Assembly: GCA_937859835.1 (NCBI GenBank)
Contig: CALMAN010000093.1
Coordinates: 1,631 to 65,630, forward strand
Source: an uncultured Acidipila sp.
GTDB taxonomy: Bacteria > Acidobacteriota > Terriglobia > Terriglobales > Acidobacteriaceae
Length of the DNA: 64,000 nucleotides
Direction of reading: 5' to 3'
Within the stretch, counting starts at the first letter, position 1. Each line of letters begins with the position of its first letter. The notes beneath the pieces are model-generated. The model was not told the origin of the DNA. It searched no databases and saw only the letters and a list, made by a program, of their open reading frames with translations. Shown one piece after another: positions 17,560 through 26,356 of the stretch. Both the position numbers and the translations under genes were made by a program.

Positions 17560-19945
17560 GCGAATCCTGTGGCTTACGTGGCTACTGCTAGCCTTGCTTC
17601 CAGCACGCGTGTGCGTCGCCCATCCCATGGGCAACTTCAGCGTGAACCACTATGCAAAGATCACGATTGAACCCGACGGCATCCGGCTGCAGTACTTCAT
17701 TGACCTGGCCGAGATACCTACTTTTCAGGAGTTGCAGCAGGGCAACGTCAAGCCCGAAGATACAACCGCGATTGCGCCCTTTCTCGCCAGGCGCGGCGCC
17801 GAGCTGGAGCGTGGTCTCAGCCTGCGCGTCGATGGCGCGGACCTGCCGCTGCAGCTGATCTCAAAGGGCGTTGTGTTTCCTCCTGGCGCAGGCGGCCTGC
17901 CTACGATGAAGCTTGGGTACGTCTTCCATGCCGCCTACCCCCATCCCGCAGGCGCAGGGAGCAAGCTCGTCGATCTTGCGTATGCCGACAGAAATTACCC
18001 CGGCCATGCCGGCTGGAAAGAGGTCGTGGTCACCGGGCCGCCGGCTTTGCTGCTGTCCAGTTCCGTTTCCAGCGTGGATCGGAGCGCCGGATTGAGCAAC
18101 TACCCGACTGATCTTCTGAACAGCGCGCCACAGGACCTCACGGCAACCGTGCGCGTCGCGCTTCCCGTGGTGCCGGCGGTAGCAGGAGACGCAGGGACGG
18201 TGCATCGAACACCCCGAACTCTCGCGAGCCCTGCTGGTGGGATTGCATCCCGGTTCGGTGCCCAGCCAGTGCCCAGGAGCCCGCGCACCCTGCACCCGCC
18301 GCCCGCTATCGGCCATGCTTCCGCGAGGAGCATGCCTGTACCTGTCCAAACAATGCACATCGAGGCAAACCGCCAGGGAACGGCGCGGAGCGCATTCACC
18401 GCGCTGGTCACGACCGAACACCTCAGCCTGTGGTTTCTCTTTACGGCTGCTTTCATCTCCATGGGTCTGGGCGGGCTGCACGCGCTTGAGCCAGGGCACG
18501 GAAAGACCATCGTCGCTGCTTCCCTGGGTGGATCGCGAGGCACTGCGCGCCACGCGATGCTGCTCGGCATCCTCGTTACGGTTGCGCATACGGCGAGCGT
18601 GTTCGCGTTGGGCGCGGTTACGCTCTACGCATCGCGCTACATTCTGCCGGAGCAGCTTTATCCCTGGCTCGGCGTGCTCTCCGGGCTGACCATCGCCGCG
18701 CTCGGGATGTATATGCTGCTGCGGCGCTGGACCGGCGAAGACATGGAACACGCCCATGCAGCCGGCCAGATGCACGGGCACTGGTTTTCGCGCCGCAAGC
18801 AGGAAGACGCCGAGGCGCCGGTGCTCGCTGCTCCCCCGGCAGCAGGGTCGATCTCGCTTGGGCAACTCTTTATCCTTGGCATCACCGGCGGCATCATTCC
18901 GTGCCCCGCCGCGCTCGTCGTTCTGCTGAGTGCCTTTGCTTTGCATCGTGTTGGGTTTGGGTTCTTCCTGATTACATCCTTCAGCGTCGGACTGGCCGCG
19001 GTGCTTATCGGATGCGGGCTGCTGATGGTGTACGCGCGACGTTTCATGAGTCGCTTGCAGGTGGATGGCCCGCTTACCAGGCGCTGGCTGCCGGTCGCAT
19101 CCGCCGCGTGCATGACGATCCTCGGTGCTGCCATCGCTGTTCGCGCCTTTGGAACAACCGGGTTCACGGTGCACGGTTTCTCGCAACAAAAGCTTGGCCC
19201 CGCGCTTCTGGTCGCGGGTCTCGGCCTGATCCTGGGTATACGGCACTCCACCGACGCCGATCACGTGGTCGCAATTTCCACGATCGTGACCAAGCAGCGC
19301 AGCGTTCGCGGCGCGGCCCTCATCGGCTCTTTGTGGGGCCTGGGGCACACACTTACGATCTTCGTTGTGGGCTGCTTCATCATCCTGGGCGGCGTCGTGA
19401 TCCCCCCGCGGATCGGGCTTTCGATGGAGTTCAGCGTGGCGCTCATGCTCATCCTTCTCGGCGTGCTCAATCTCACCGGAGTGATGGGCAAGATCACCAA
19501 GCGCTTCACGCTACGTGGTGGCACCGTAACCGAGGCTGCTCCCCAGTCCAGCGCGTGCACTGCGCCCACGGAGCTGAGCAACGCAGGCACCCCAGCCGGC
19601 AGCTACGGCGCCTACCAGTGCTTGCGTCCGCTGGCCATCGGTCTGGTCCATGGGCTGGCCGGCTCGGCCGCTGTTGCGCTGCTGGTGCTTTCAACGATCC
19701 ACAATCCGCTTTGGGCGATCGTCTACCTGGTGATCTTTGGCGCGGGCACCATGCTCGGCATGATGTGCATGACCGTGGCTATGGCGTTGCCGCTGATCTA
19801 CGCCGGTGTCCGGGCGCCCCAGGTCGGCCGCTATCTCGGTGTCGCTTCGGGCTTCGTCAGTGTCTGCTTCGGCCTGGTCCTCGTCTACCAGCTCGGCTTT
19901 CTGGGCGGCCTGTTTACCAGCCACCCCCATTGGACCCCTCAGTAG
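17549..19945 (+). CDS. Fusion protein: periplasmic N-domain + RcnA/NicO-like module + HoxN/UreH-like NicO module (putative Ni/Co-type metal transporter)
   Basis: Signal peptide ...ARVCVA then HPMGNF. First module motifs are LHALEPGHGKT and GGIIPCPAA with a His-rich loop MEHAHAAGQMHGHW. Second module motifs are GIRHSTDADHVVAIS and GLVHGLAGSAA. The ATG overlaps the end of the TPR gene by 11 nt. Confidence 0.8.
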   Translation: MRSRRILWLTWLLLALLPARVCVAHPMGNFSVNHYAKITIEPDGIRLQYFIDLAEIPTFQELQQGNVKPEDTTAIAPFLARRGAELERGLSLRVDGADLPLQLISKGVVFPPGAGGLPTMKLGYVFHAAYPHPAGAGSKLVDLAYADRNYPGHAGWKEVVVTGPPALLLSSSVSSVDRSAGLSNYPTDLLNSAPQDLTATVRVALPVVPAVAGDAGTVHRTPRTLASPAGGIASRFGAQPVPRSPRTLHPPPAIGHASARSMPVPVQTMHIEANRQGTARSAFTALVTTEHLSLWFLFTAAFISMGLGGLHALEPGHGKTIVAASLGGSRGTARHAMLLGILVTVAHTASVFALGAVTLYASRYILPEQLYPWLGVLSGLTIAALGMYMLLRRWTGEDMEHAHAAGQMHGHWFSRRKQEDAEAPVLAAPPAAGSISLGQLFILGITGGIIPCPAALVVLLSAFALHRVGFGFFLITSFSVGLAAVLIGCGLLMVYARRFMSRLQVDGPLTRRWLPVASAACMTILGAAIAVRAFGTTGFTVHGFSQQKLGPALLVAGLGLILGIRHSTDADHVVAISTIVTKQRSVRGAALIGSLWGLGHTLTIFVVGCFIILGGVVIPPRIGLSMEFSVALMLILLGVLNLTGVMGKITKRFTLRGGTVTEAAPQSSACTAPTELSNAGTPAGSYGAYQCLRPLAIGLVHGLAGSAAVALLVLSTIHNPLWAIVYLVIFGAGTMLGMMCMTVAMALPLIYAGVRAPQVGRYLGVASGFVSVCFGLVLVYQLGFLGGLFTSHPHWTPQ

Positions 19946-20260
19946 GGGTTAGAACCTCGGCTCGATACCTGGTCTAGAAGAGGCTGGCTCCAGCTGCCCT
20001 GGGGTGAACCCTTACGGCGACACACGCCACAACTCGGGTGCCGGTCCCGGCATCCTCCATACTGGCTTTCAGCTTTCAAGAACGAACCCAGCTTGAGAGA
20101 AAACCAGTTGCACTTGCACGCAGAGCTGTTCACCAACCTGCTGCATCCGGCCAGCGTGGCGACCAGCTCTCCTTTCGGCTCGATTGCATTGTGCTCGCCA
20201 GCCTGCGTCCTGCAGTTTGGCGTCAGGTACTCGTTTTAGAAACCACGAAGGATATCTTCC

Positions 20261-21253
20261 ATGCACTGCTCCACTCGCCTTGCCGCCGCACTCGGTCTTC
20301 TTCTCGGGCTGCCGTTCTCGCTCCCGCACAGTGCGTATGCCCAGGCAGCCGCCGGCGCCCGGCAAACCGAGAAAGCGCTGCGCAGCAGGATTTACATCTA
20401 CAACGTGATGGACGGTGAGTCCCGGCTTGCTTTTACAGACGACTCCATCTGGGAAGCCCCGAACTGGTCGCCCGATGGCAAGTATCTGATCTCGAATCAC
20501 AACGGCGCGATTTACAAGCTTGTCTTCAAGCCCGCCGGCATGCTGACGCCGGAGAAGCTGCCCGTACGCGCTGATCTGAACTGCAACAACGACAAATCGC
20601 TGTCCCCTGATGGGAAACAACTGGCCTTTTCTGCATCCACTCCGTCCAGCCACGGCTCTGAAGTGTTTCTGGCCAAGGCCGACGGATCAGGAGCCAAGCA
20701 GATGACCACCGAGGTGCCGAGTTACTTTCACGGCTGGTCGCCCGATGGAAGGACGCTGGCCTTTGTTGCCTATCGCCATGGAAGCCAGCACTTCAACATC
20801 TACACCATCCCGACAGCGGGCGGCAGGGAAACCACGAGAACCGACGTGCCGTACCACAACGATGGGCCGGACTACTCGCCCGACGGTCAGTGGATCTACA
20901 TCAACTCCGACCGCTCTGGCAAGGAAGCGATCTGGCGCTTTCCGGCGAAAGCGCATGGCGCGCCGAATCAGGGGGCAGAGATGGTGCTGAGCGACTCACT
21001 GGAAGACTGGTTCCCGCATATCTCGCCGGACGGGAAGCGCATGGTGTACATCGGCTATCCGGCAGGCACGCCCACGCACAACTCGCGCGAGTTGCAGGTT
21101 GAGCTGAAGTTGACGAGCGTGTCCGGCGGGCAGGTAAACAAGAATGCGAAAACGGTCGTGACAACCATGGGCGGCCAGGGTTCGCTCAATGTGAACTCCT
21201 GGGCGCCGGACTCCCAACGCTTTGCCTATGTGCACTACGAGGCTCTCCCGTAG
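20261..21253 (+). CDS. TolB-like beta-propeller (PD40/WD40-like repeat) periplasmic protein
   Basis: Signal peptide, then repeated SPDG motifs: WSPDGKYLIS, LSPDGKQLAFS, WSPDGRTLAFV, YSPDGQWIYINSDRSG, ISPDGKRMVYIGY. Confidence 0.8.
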   Translation: MHCSTRLAAALGLLLGLPFSLPHSAYAQAAAGARQTEKALRSRIYIYNVMDGESRLAFTDDSIWEAPNWSPDGKYLISNHNGAIYKLVFKPAGMLTPEKLPVRADLNCNNDKSLSPDGKQLAFSASTPSSHGSEVFLAKADGSGAKQMTTEVPSYFHGWSPDGRTLAFVAYRHGSQHFNIYTIPTAGGRETTRTDVPYHNDGPDYSPDGQWIYINSDRSGKEAIWRFPAKAHGAPNQGAEMVLSDSLEDWFPHISPDGKRMVYIGYPAGTPTHNSRELQVELKLTSVSGGQVNKNAKTVVTTMGGQGSLNVNSWAPDSQRFAYVHYEALP

Positions 21254-21283
21254 AGCCCGTTTCACACCTGAGGGAGACAGCAT

Positions 21284-22057
21284 TTGAGAAGCTTCCGCAT
21301 CCTCTTCGCACTCGGGCTGCCGCTCGCAGCGATTGCAATGGCCGGCGCGCAGGATGCACCATCGCCCCAGGTTCCGGACTGGGCGCTCCCTGGCTCGCCG
21401 ACCCACAAACAGGTGCCACCACCGGCTGATTTCCATCGCCCGACCAAGACCGAAATGGTTCCGCTCGGGGTTTTCGACGGGCAGTCGGATGTAGGCAGCG
21501 CAGTGGTTCCGGGCGCATCCAGCTATGACGCGGTGACGCACCAGTACACCATTCGCTCGGCCGGCTATAACATCTGGTACAGCCGCGACGAGTTCCGCTA
21601 CGTTTGGAAGAAGATGTCGGGCGATGTTTCGCTTGCCGCCGACGCCACCTTTCCCGACCCGCAGGGCTATGACGATCGCAAGGCAGTGCTGGTTCTCCGC
21701 CAAAGCCTCGACGATGATGCAAGCGAGGCCGTCGTGGGAGAACATGGGTCGGGCATGGTGCATTTGGCGCAGCGGGCTGACCAAGGAAGCCAGATGACAG
21801 ACGCGCAATATCGCTTCGGCGGAACCCTGGCCAAGGTGAAAGCCAAGCGGATTGGCATCGAAAAGCACGGCAGTGCGGTGGCGATCTTGATCAGCCTGAC
21901 GGGCGAGCCGATGCACCAGTTTGGGCCGCCGATCGAGACTCACCTGCACGACCCGTTCTACGTGGGCATTGGGTTTTGCTCGCACCTGCCCGCAAAGGCA
22001 GATACCGCGGTCTTTTCCGATGTTCTGCTCGAGAACCAGGCTGGGCGGGTCCAGTAA
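21284..22057 (+). CDS. Hypothetical secreted protein (possibly beta-sandwich/ConA-like fold)
   Basis: TTG start 7 nt after GGGAG. Signal peptide MRSFRILFALGLPLAAIAMAGAQ. Only 30 nt after the TolB-like gene. No diagnostic motif, so the fold guess is weak. Confidence 0.55.
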   Translation: MRSFRILFALGLPLAAIAMAGAQDAPSPQVPDWALPGSPTHKQVPPPADFHRPTKTEMVPLGVFDGQSDVGSAVVPGASSYDAVTHQYTIRSAGYNIWYSRDEFRYVWKKMSGDVSLAADATFPDPQGYDDRKAVLVLRQSLDDDASEAVVGEHGSGMVHLAQRADQGSQMTDAQYRFGGTLAKVKAKRIGIEKHGSAVAILISLTGEPMHQFGPPIETHLHDPFYVGIGFCSHLPAKADTAVFSDVLLENQAGRVQ

Positions 22058-22181
22058 ACGCTCCAGGCGGGAGCGATGTGGGCTTGTCCGGCGCCAGTTT
22101 CGTCGATCCATTTTCGGCAGTATCGAAGATCAAGGACTGCCGTACGGTACCCTCGCTACGGTCATCAAAGCCTGCAAGCCT

Positions 22182-23123
22182 ATGGGTCGAACCATTGTTG
22201 TTGTGGGCAGTGTGAATCTTGATCTGGTCTGCACCGCGAGTCGGATTCCGGCTCCGGGAGAGACCGTGTGGGGCACTCACTTTCAAACCTTTCACGGAGG
22301 CAAGGGTGGCAACCAGGCCGTTGCCGCGAGCCGCCTTGGCAATGATGTTTCCATGATTGCCAAAGTGGGCGACGATGATTTCGGAGCCACACTGCGGGAG
22401 GGCCTGCGCGCTGCCTCGGTCAACATAGACGACGTAACCACAGCTCCTGGTCTAGCTTCGGGCGTCGCGCTCATCTCTGTGGATGCCCAGGCACAAAACA
22501 GCATCCTCGTGATTCCTGGCGCGAACGGAGAGCTGAGGCCCTCGGACCTGGAACGCTGCTTGCCGCGGCTGCAGTCAGCCGGCATCCTCCTGGCCCAGCT
22601 GGAGATCCCCATGGAAACGGTGGAAGCGCTGTGCACGATTGCCTGTCGCGCGCACGTGCCGCTCATGCTCGATCCGGCGCCCGCGCGTGCGCTTTCACGG
22701 GAGGCCCTGCGATGCGTCACCTATCTGACTCCGAACGAAACAGAAACGGCGACCCTGACTGGCTGTGGCGACAGCGAGGTGACGCCCTCGTCGGTGCAGG
22801 AGGCTGCCGAGATGCTGCTCGAAAAGGGAGCCAGAAACGTGATCCTGAAGCTGGGAGCGCGCGGCGTTTTTGTCGCGGGTGCCGATGGTTTGCGGAAAGC
22901 AGTGCCTGCCGTTCGGGTCAGGGCCGTGGACACAACTGCCGCCGGTGACGCCTTGAACGGAGGGCTTGCCTCCGCACTGATGGCTGGCATGGGTTTGGAA
23001 GAAGCTGTGCGTTTTGCGATTGCTGTCGCGGCCGTGTCGGTAACCCGTGCCGGCGCGCAAACGTCCATGCCGAACGCAGAAGAAGTAGCAGCGCTCCTGC
23101 GGGAACAAGAAACACCTGCTTGA
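22182..23123 (+). CDS. rbsK: Ribokinase (PfkB family)
   Basis: MGRTIVVVGSVNLDLV..., GGKGGNQAVAASRLG and C-terminal VDTTAAGDALNGGLA are the PfkB/ribokinase signatures. The tracked ORF starts at 21921, but ATG 22182 fits the family N-terminus. Confidence 0.8.
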   Translation: MGRTIVVVGSVNLDLVCTASRIPAPGETVWGTHFQTFHGGKGGNQAVAASRLGNDVSMIAKVGDDDFGATLREGLRAASVNIDDVTTAPGLASGVALISVDAQAQNSILVIPGANGELRPSDLERCLPRLQSAGILLAQLEIPMETVEALCTIACRAHVPLMLDPAPARALSREALRCVTYLTPNETETATLTGCGDSEVTPSSVQEAAEMLLEKGARNVILKLGARGVFVAGADGLRKAVPAVRVRAVDTTAAGDALNGGLASALMAGMGLEEAVRFAIAVAAVSVTRAGAQTSMPNAEEVAALLREQETPA

Positions 23124-23294
23124 AGGCCCTGCCGAACGGTACGCGTAACCCGTCTCTCTGGCCGCGATGGGCGTACAGCACGAGTAGCTAAGTGACTGGT
23201 ACGGGACTGCTTATCCACTGAAAACTTACCCCGGCGGTACTTCGGTGTTGTGACCCGTATGCCATAATCGGGCAAGGAACAAGCACTCGCTTGT

Positions 23295-24242
23295 ATGGGG
23301 GGGCCCGCCTTGAGTGAGTTCGGTCGCAAGGATGTACTTCGCATCCTCGGTATACGGGAGCAGCAGCTGCGTATCTGGGAGCGCAATGGGCTGATCGCCT
23401 GTGCCGAAAGCTACAGCTTTCAAGACCTTGGTCAAGTACGCAGACTGCGCGAGCTGGGGTGCCATCGCATCTCCGCAGAGGGTATCCGCAACGCGGTCGT
23501 TGCCATGCGCGCTGTATCAGGCTTACCCGACCCGCTGCTCGAGGCCGGTCTGGAGATCAAAGCCTCGCGCCGCCTCGTGTTTCGGCACTCGGGCGCAGTT
23601 GTAGAGCCGATTGCAGGGCAGTATCTGCTTGATTTCTCGTGCAGCGGCAAGCCGGCCCTGGCCCCGATTGTGGCGCCGGTTCTGGCAGCGCGCGAGCGCA
23701 CCGCGGAGGTGGCGCGGCTGTTTACGGCGGCGGTGTATGCGGAAGAGGCTGGGCGAACCGAGGAAGCAGAGCGGGGGTATGAGTCCGTGCTTGTGCTGGC
23801 TCCGGGCCATGCGCCCTCGGCGATCAATCTGGGAACCATCTGCTACAACCGCCGCAACTTCGAGCGGGCCGAGCAGTTCTATCGCATGGCCGCCGAAAGC
23901 GACGCGTCCTATGCGCTTGCTTTTTTTGATCTTGGCAATGTCCTCGATGAACTCAAGCGTTTGCCCGAAGCGATCGCAGCCTACCGCCGCGCCATTGCGT
24001 TGCAGCCCCGGTATGCGGATGCGCATTACAATCTTGCTCTCGCGCTGGAGCGGAACGGCCAGCGACGCTCTGCGCTGCGGCACTGGTCAGCGTATCTGCG
24101 TTTGGATGCGAGCGGCCCCTGGGCGCGGCACGCGCAGATGCAGCTGCGGAAAACCCTCGCCGTGCTCGGGATGGCGCTGGTGCAGGGCACTCGCACCAAG
24201 AAGGTAGCGCGGGAGGCTCCGCACGGTTTGCACCTGGTATGA
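23295..24242 (+). CDS. MerR-type HTH domain fused to TPR repeats (putative regulator)
   Basis: The N-terminus FGRKDVLRILGIREQQLRIWERNGLI...YSFQDLGQVRRLREL resembles a MerR HTH. The C-terminal half carries canonical TPRs (AINLGTICYNRRNFERAEQFYRMAAESDASYALAFFDLGNVL...). Start is ambiguous (ATG 23295 or TTG 23310). Confidence 0.7.
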   Translation: MGGPALSEFGRKDVLRILGIREQQLRIWERNGLIACAESYSFQDLGQVRRLRELGCHRISAEGIRNAVVAMRAVSGLPDPLLEAGLEIKASRRLVFRHSGAVVEPIAGQYLLDFSCSGKPALAPIVAPVLAARERTAEVARLFTAAVYAEEAGRTEEAERGYESVLVLAPGHAPSAINLGTICYNRRNFERAEQFYRMAAESDASYALAFFDLGNVLDELKRLPEAIAAYRRAIALQPRYADAHYNLALALERNGQRRSALRHWSAYLRLDASGPWARHAQMQLRKTLAVLGMALVQGTRTKKVAREAPHGLHLV

Positions 24243-24268
24243 CTTAGCCGCAGGCAGGACATTTCGCA

Positions 24269-25054
24269 CTAAGAGCTAGAAGCTTCTGCGGCGCGTACCA
24301 TCTCGACCAGCACCTTGCGCACCTCGGGCGAGCTTCTGGCTTCGCGCACAAAGTTGATGCGCGCCGCTTTCATGTCTTCGCCGGTTTGCACGCGCAGGGT
24401 AAAGCCGAGCCGGTCGACTGAGGTCATCGTAGCACTGGTACCGTCCAGCCCGGCATGGACGCGGGCCAGCAGCACCATGGCCTCGACGTGGTCGGCATTC
24501 ATGTGCGCCAGGATCGCAGGAGCCGCAGAGGCCAGCGGATCAGCTTCGGCGCGCGCGTATTCGGCTGCGTCCACCCACCCCATCACGCCGAAACCGCCTA
24601 CGTAATACAGATCAACCGGCTCCAGCCGAAAGAAGCTGAAGTCGGCAAAGTCAACCCAGTAGCGGCTGTTCTCGTGCCGCGCCAGGTAGCGCTCCCGTGC
24701 CGCCGCTTCGTCATCTGCGCTGACTGGCTGCGCCAGACCGACAAGCGTGGCGCGTGCCGCCCCGAGCGGATCTTCGCCGGCGCCGCTTTGTGCGACAAAA
24801 AGGCTGGCCGCGGGTGCTGCCCTCAGGTTCTGTGTGTGCATGGCCATGTTGCTGATGAGAAAGACAGGCCGGCCTTTCCCGTCAAGCGCGTACGGCATGA
24901 GCGACCCGAAAGGGAAGCCAGGGTGCTTGCGCGATAGGGTGGAAAGCGTGCCGGTGGAGGCCGTTTCCACAAGCGTACGAACGCGCTCGGCATGTGCTGG
25001 TTCAGGCGGAGCCGGCCGGCTGTTTGCCGGAGCTCGCGATGCGTGTTTGTCCAT
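24269..25054 (-). CDS. HugZ-like / pyridoxamine 5'-phosphate oxidase-related FMN-binding protein with DUF2470 C-domain
   Basis: ARTLVETASTGTLSTLSRKHPGFPFGSLMPYALD...PVFLISNMAMHTQNL matches the split-barrel family, and ILAHMNADHVEAM matches DUF2470. ATG 25054 is preceded by AGAGGG. The tracked ORF extends to 25192. Confidence 0.8.
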   Translation of the reverse strand: MDKHASRAPANSRPAPPEPAHAERVRTLVETASTGTLSTLSRKHPGFPFGSLMPYALDGKGRPVFLISNMAMHTQNLRAAPAASLFVAQSGAGEDPLGAARATLVGLAQPVSADDEAAARERYLARHENSRYWVDFADFSFFRLEPVDLYYVGGFGVMGWVDAAEYARAEADPLASAAPAILAHMNADHVEAMVLLARVHAGLDGTSATMTSVDRLGFTLRVQTGEDMKAARINFVREARSSPEVRKVLVEMVRAAEASSS

Positions 25055-25250
25055 TGCGCCCTCTTGTCGCCATACCGGGCTTACCCCTCGCTGCGGTCGA
25101 TCATGGCCAAGCCTTCCACGAGCACTCCTGCTTTTCAAACGGCGGGAGGGTGTCCAGCTTGCAAGCAGGCGGCCGCGCAAGGAGCCCTTCATGCAGCAGC
25201 GGAAGTTATCGGTCCTAGTGTAATCGCCCTTTCAGAGGGTGTGCTCACGA

Positions 25251-25278
25251 GTCGAACCGCTCGCGTTCGCCGTACAAT
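25251..25278 (+). promoter_or_regulatory. Possible promoter for tRNA-Ser
   Basis: TACAAT at 25273-25278 lies 14 nt upstream of the tRNA 5' end. The -35 is weak (GTCGAA at 25251-25256, 16-nt spacer). Confidence 0.3.
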
Positions 25279-25292
25279 GGCCATACACTCGC

Positions 25293-25382
25293 GGAGGGAT
25301 GTGTGAGCGGTTGAAACAGGCGGTCTTGAAAACCGCTTTACCCTAGCGGGTAACGGGGGTTCGAATCCCTCTCCCTCCGCCA
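25293..25382 (+). tRNA. tRNA-Ser (anticodon UGA), long variable arm
   Basis: Acceptor GGAGGGA/TCCCTCC, anticodon stem GCGGT/ACCGC with loop CTTGAAA, long extra arm, T-loop TTCGAAT, encoded CCA. Confidence 0.95.
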
Positions 25383-25441
25383 CAAACCCGAGCAGGTCGC
25401 GATCCATCGCATGGGCGTCCTCGCGAGCCGGGCGGCAGGTC

Positions 25442-26122
25442 TCAGTCTTGCCTTACCGGCACACCCAGAAAAACTGCCAGGTGCCTGAAGTCCTCTTCCG
25501 AAAGGTGGCTCGAGAAGGCTGGCATGCGCCCCTGGCCATGGCGCACGAGTTCCAGAAAGCGGCTCTCGTTCCAGCGGGCGCCTACCCCCACCAGTGACGG
25601 GAAGACTTGACCATCGCCTCTTCGGTCATCGCCGTGGCAGATCGCGCAGTTGGCTGCGTACAAGGATTGCCCTGTCGCATCGGGGTATGCAGGCGAAGCC
25701 TCCTGGCTCGCAACGCGGCTTCCGTCGCCCGCAAAGGCTGCGTCCTGGTCGCGCAGAAAGGTGACCAGCGCGGCGAGGTTTTTCTCAGAGGTTTGCGGAA
25801 ACGCCGGCATGCGACGGAGACCGTGGAGAATGATTGCCGCGATCTCGTCGTTCCGCAGGTGATCCGCATTCCCGACCAAGGACGGGAACGAGGGGGCTCT
25901 CCCTTGCCCGTTCTCGCCGTGACACACAGCACACTGGGTCTGGTAAAGCTCCGCCCCCGCACTGCCCGATGCGCTGGGTACGGGCGTGGAGGCGGCCTGC
26001 AGGGACGGATGGAGACGGAACACAGTCCGGCCGCGGGCCTGCGGAGCCGCCACCGCGGCGAGAAGCAAGATCCCGGCAGCCCAGCACCTGAAGGCGGGCG
26101 ACACTGCTCTAGCGTGCTTCAT
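25442..26122 (-). CDS. Dihaem c-type cytochrome (two class-I cytochrome c domains), secreted
   Basis: Signal peptide. Two CxxCH sites (CAVCHG, CAICHG), each followed by a G(R)MPAF Met-ligand motif. Confidence 0.85.
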   Translation of the reverse strand: MKHARAVSPAFRCWAAGILLLAAVAAPQARGRTVFRLHPSLQAASTPVPSASGSAGAELYQTQCAVCHGENGQGRAPSFPSLVGNADHLRNDEIAAIILHGLRRMPAFPQTSEKNLAALVTFLRDQDAAFAGDGSRVASQEASPAYPDATGQSLYAANCAICHGDDRRGDGQVFPSLVGVGARWNESRFLELVRHGQGRMPAFSSHLSEEDFRHLAVFLGVPVRQD

Positions 26123-26356
26123 CGGCTTCCCTTGCCCTTAGCGTCGCCGCAGATAAGGTTGCGGGTCCGGCTGCCACGCTTGTTCCCGCACGGTGAGGAT
26201 GCGTGCGTGAAACTCCGGTAAGTTCAGCAAACCGCCGCCTCCAAACACGCTACCAAGACCCCGTCAAGATCGTAAACAGACCGGCGCGATCGAAGCGCTT
26301 CGCGGGGACCGGTGTCACGCAATGCTGTTGTTCTGCCGCGTGAGCGTGCGCCCAGC

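Noticed and set aside
13404-19348. Long antisense ORFs opposite the DUF4331, TPR and NicO genes (13404..14546, 15739..17181 and 17861..19348; 380-495 aa).
   Set aside because: - The translations are Arg/Gly/Pro/His-rich low-complexity strings with no motifs.
- Each is fully embedded opposite an ORF with clear family signatures.
- Long spurious antisense ORFs are expected in high-GC DNA because stop codons are rare.
20996-22111. 371-aa minus-strand ORF (and 36677..37822, 381 aa) overlapping the TolB-like/hypothetical genes and the SIS/ROK genes.
   Set aside because: Arg-rich nonsense translation, overlapping sense genes that carry diagnostic motifs.
21921-22181. Upstream extensions of tracked ORFs (21921 for ribokinase, 37666 for the Tat small subunit, 50785 for the TPR protein, 53730 for CRTAC1-1, 30042 for the Tat oxidoreductase, 60550 for LysR).
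   Set aside because: Each extension overlaps the preceding gene and lacks protein-like composition. Internal starts reproduce the canonical family N-termini or signal peptides, often with an SD-like purine run.
23297-23303. G7 homopolymer right after the ATG of the MerR-TPR gene, as a possible phase-variation tract (also the C8 run at 42671-42678).
   Set aside because: Runs of 7-8 G/C are not unusual in DNA of this composition. The gene start itself is ambiguous (TTG 23310 lies downstream of the tract), and the C8 run is intergenic between convergent genes.
26291-26302. 12-bp palindrome CGAAGCGCTTCG between the amine oxidase and cytochrome c genes, superficially like the GCAAGCGCTTGC operator.
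   Set aside because: It is a single short GC-rich palindrome with no adjacent promoter-like hexamers. The flanking bases differ from the operator consensus, so chance occurrence is plausible.
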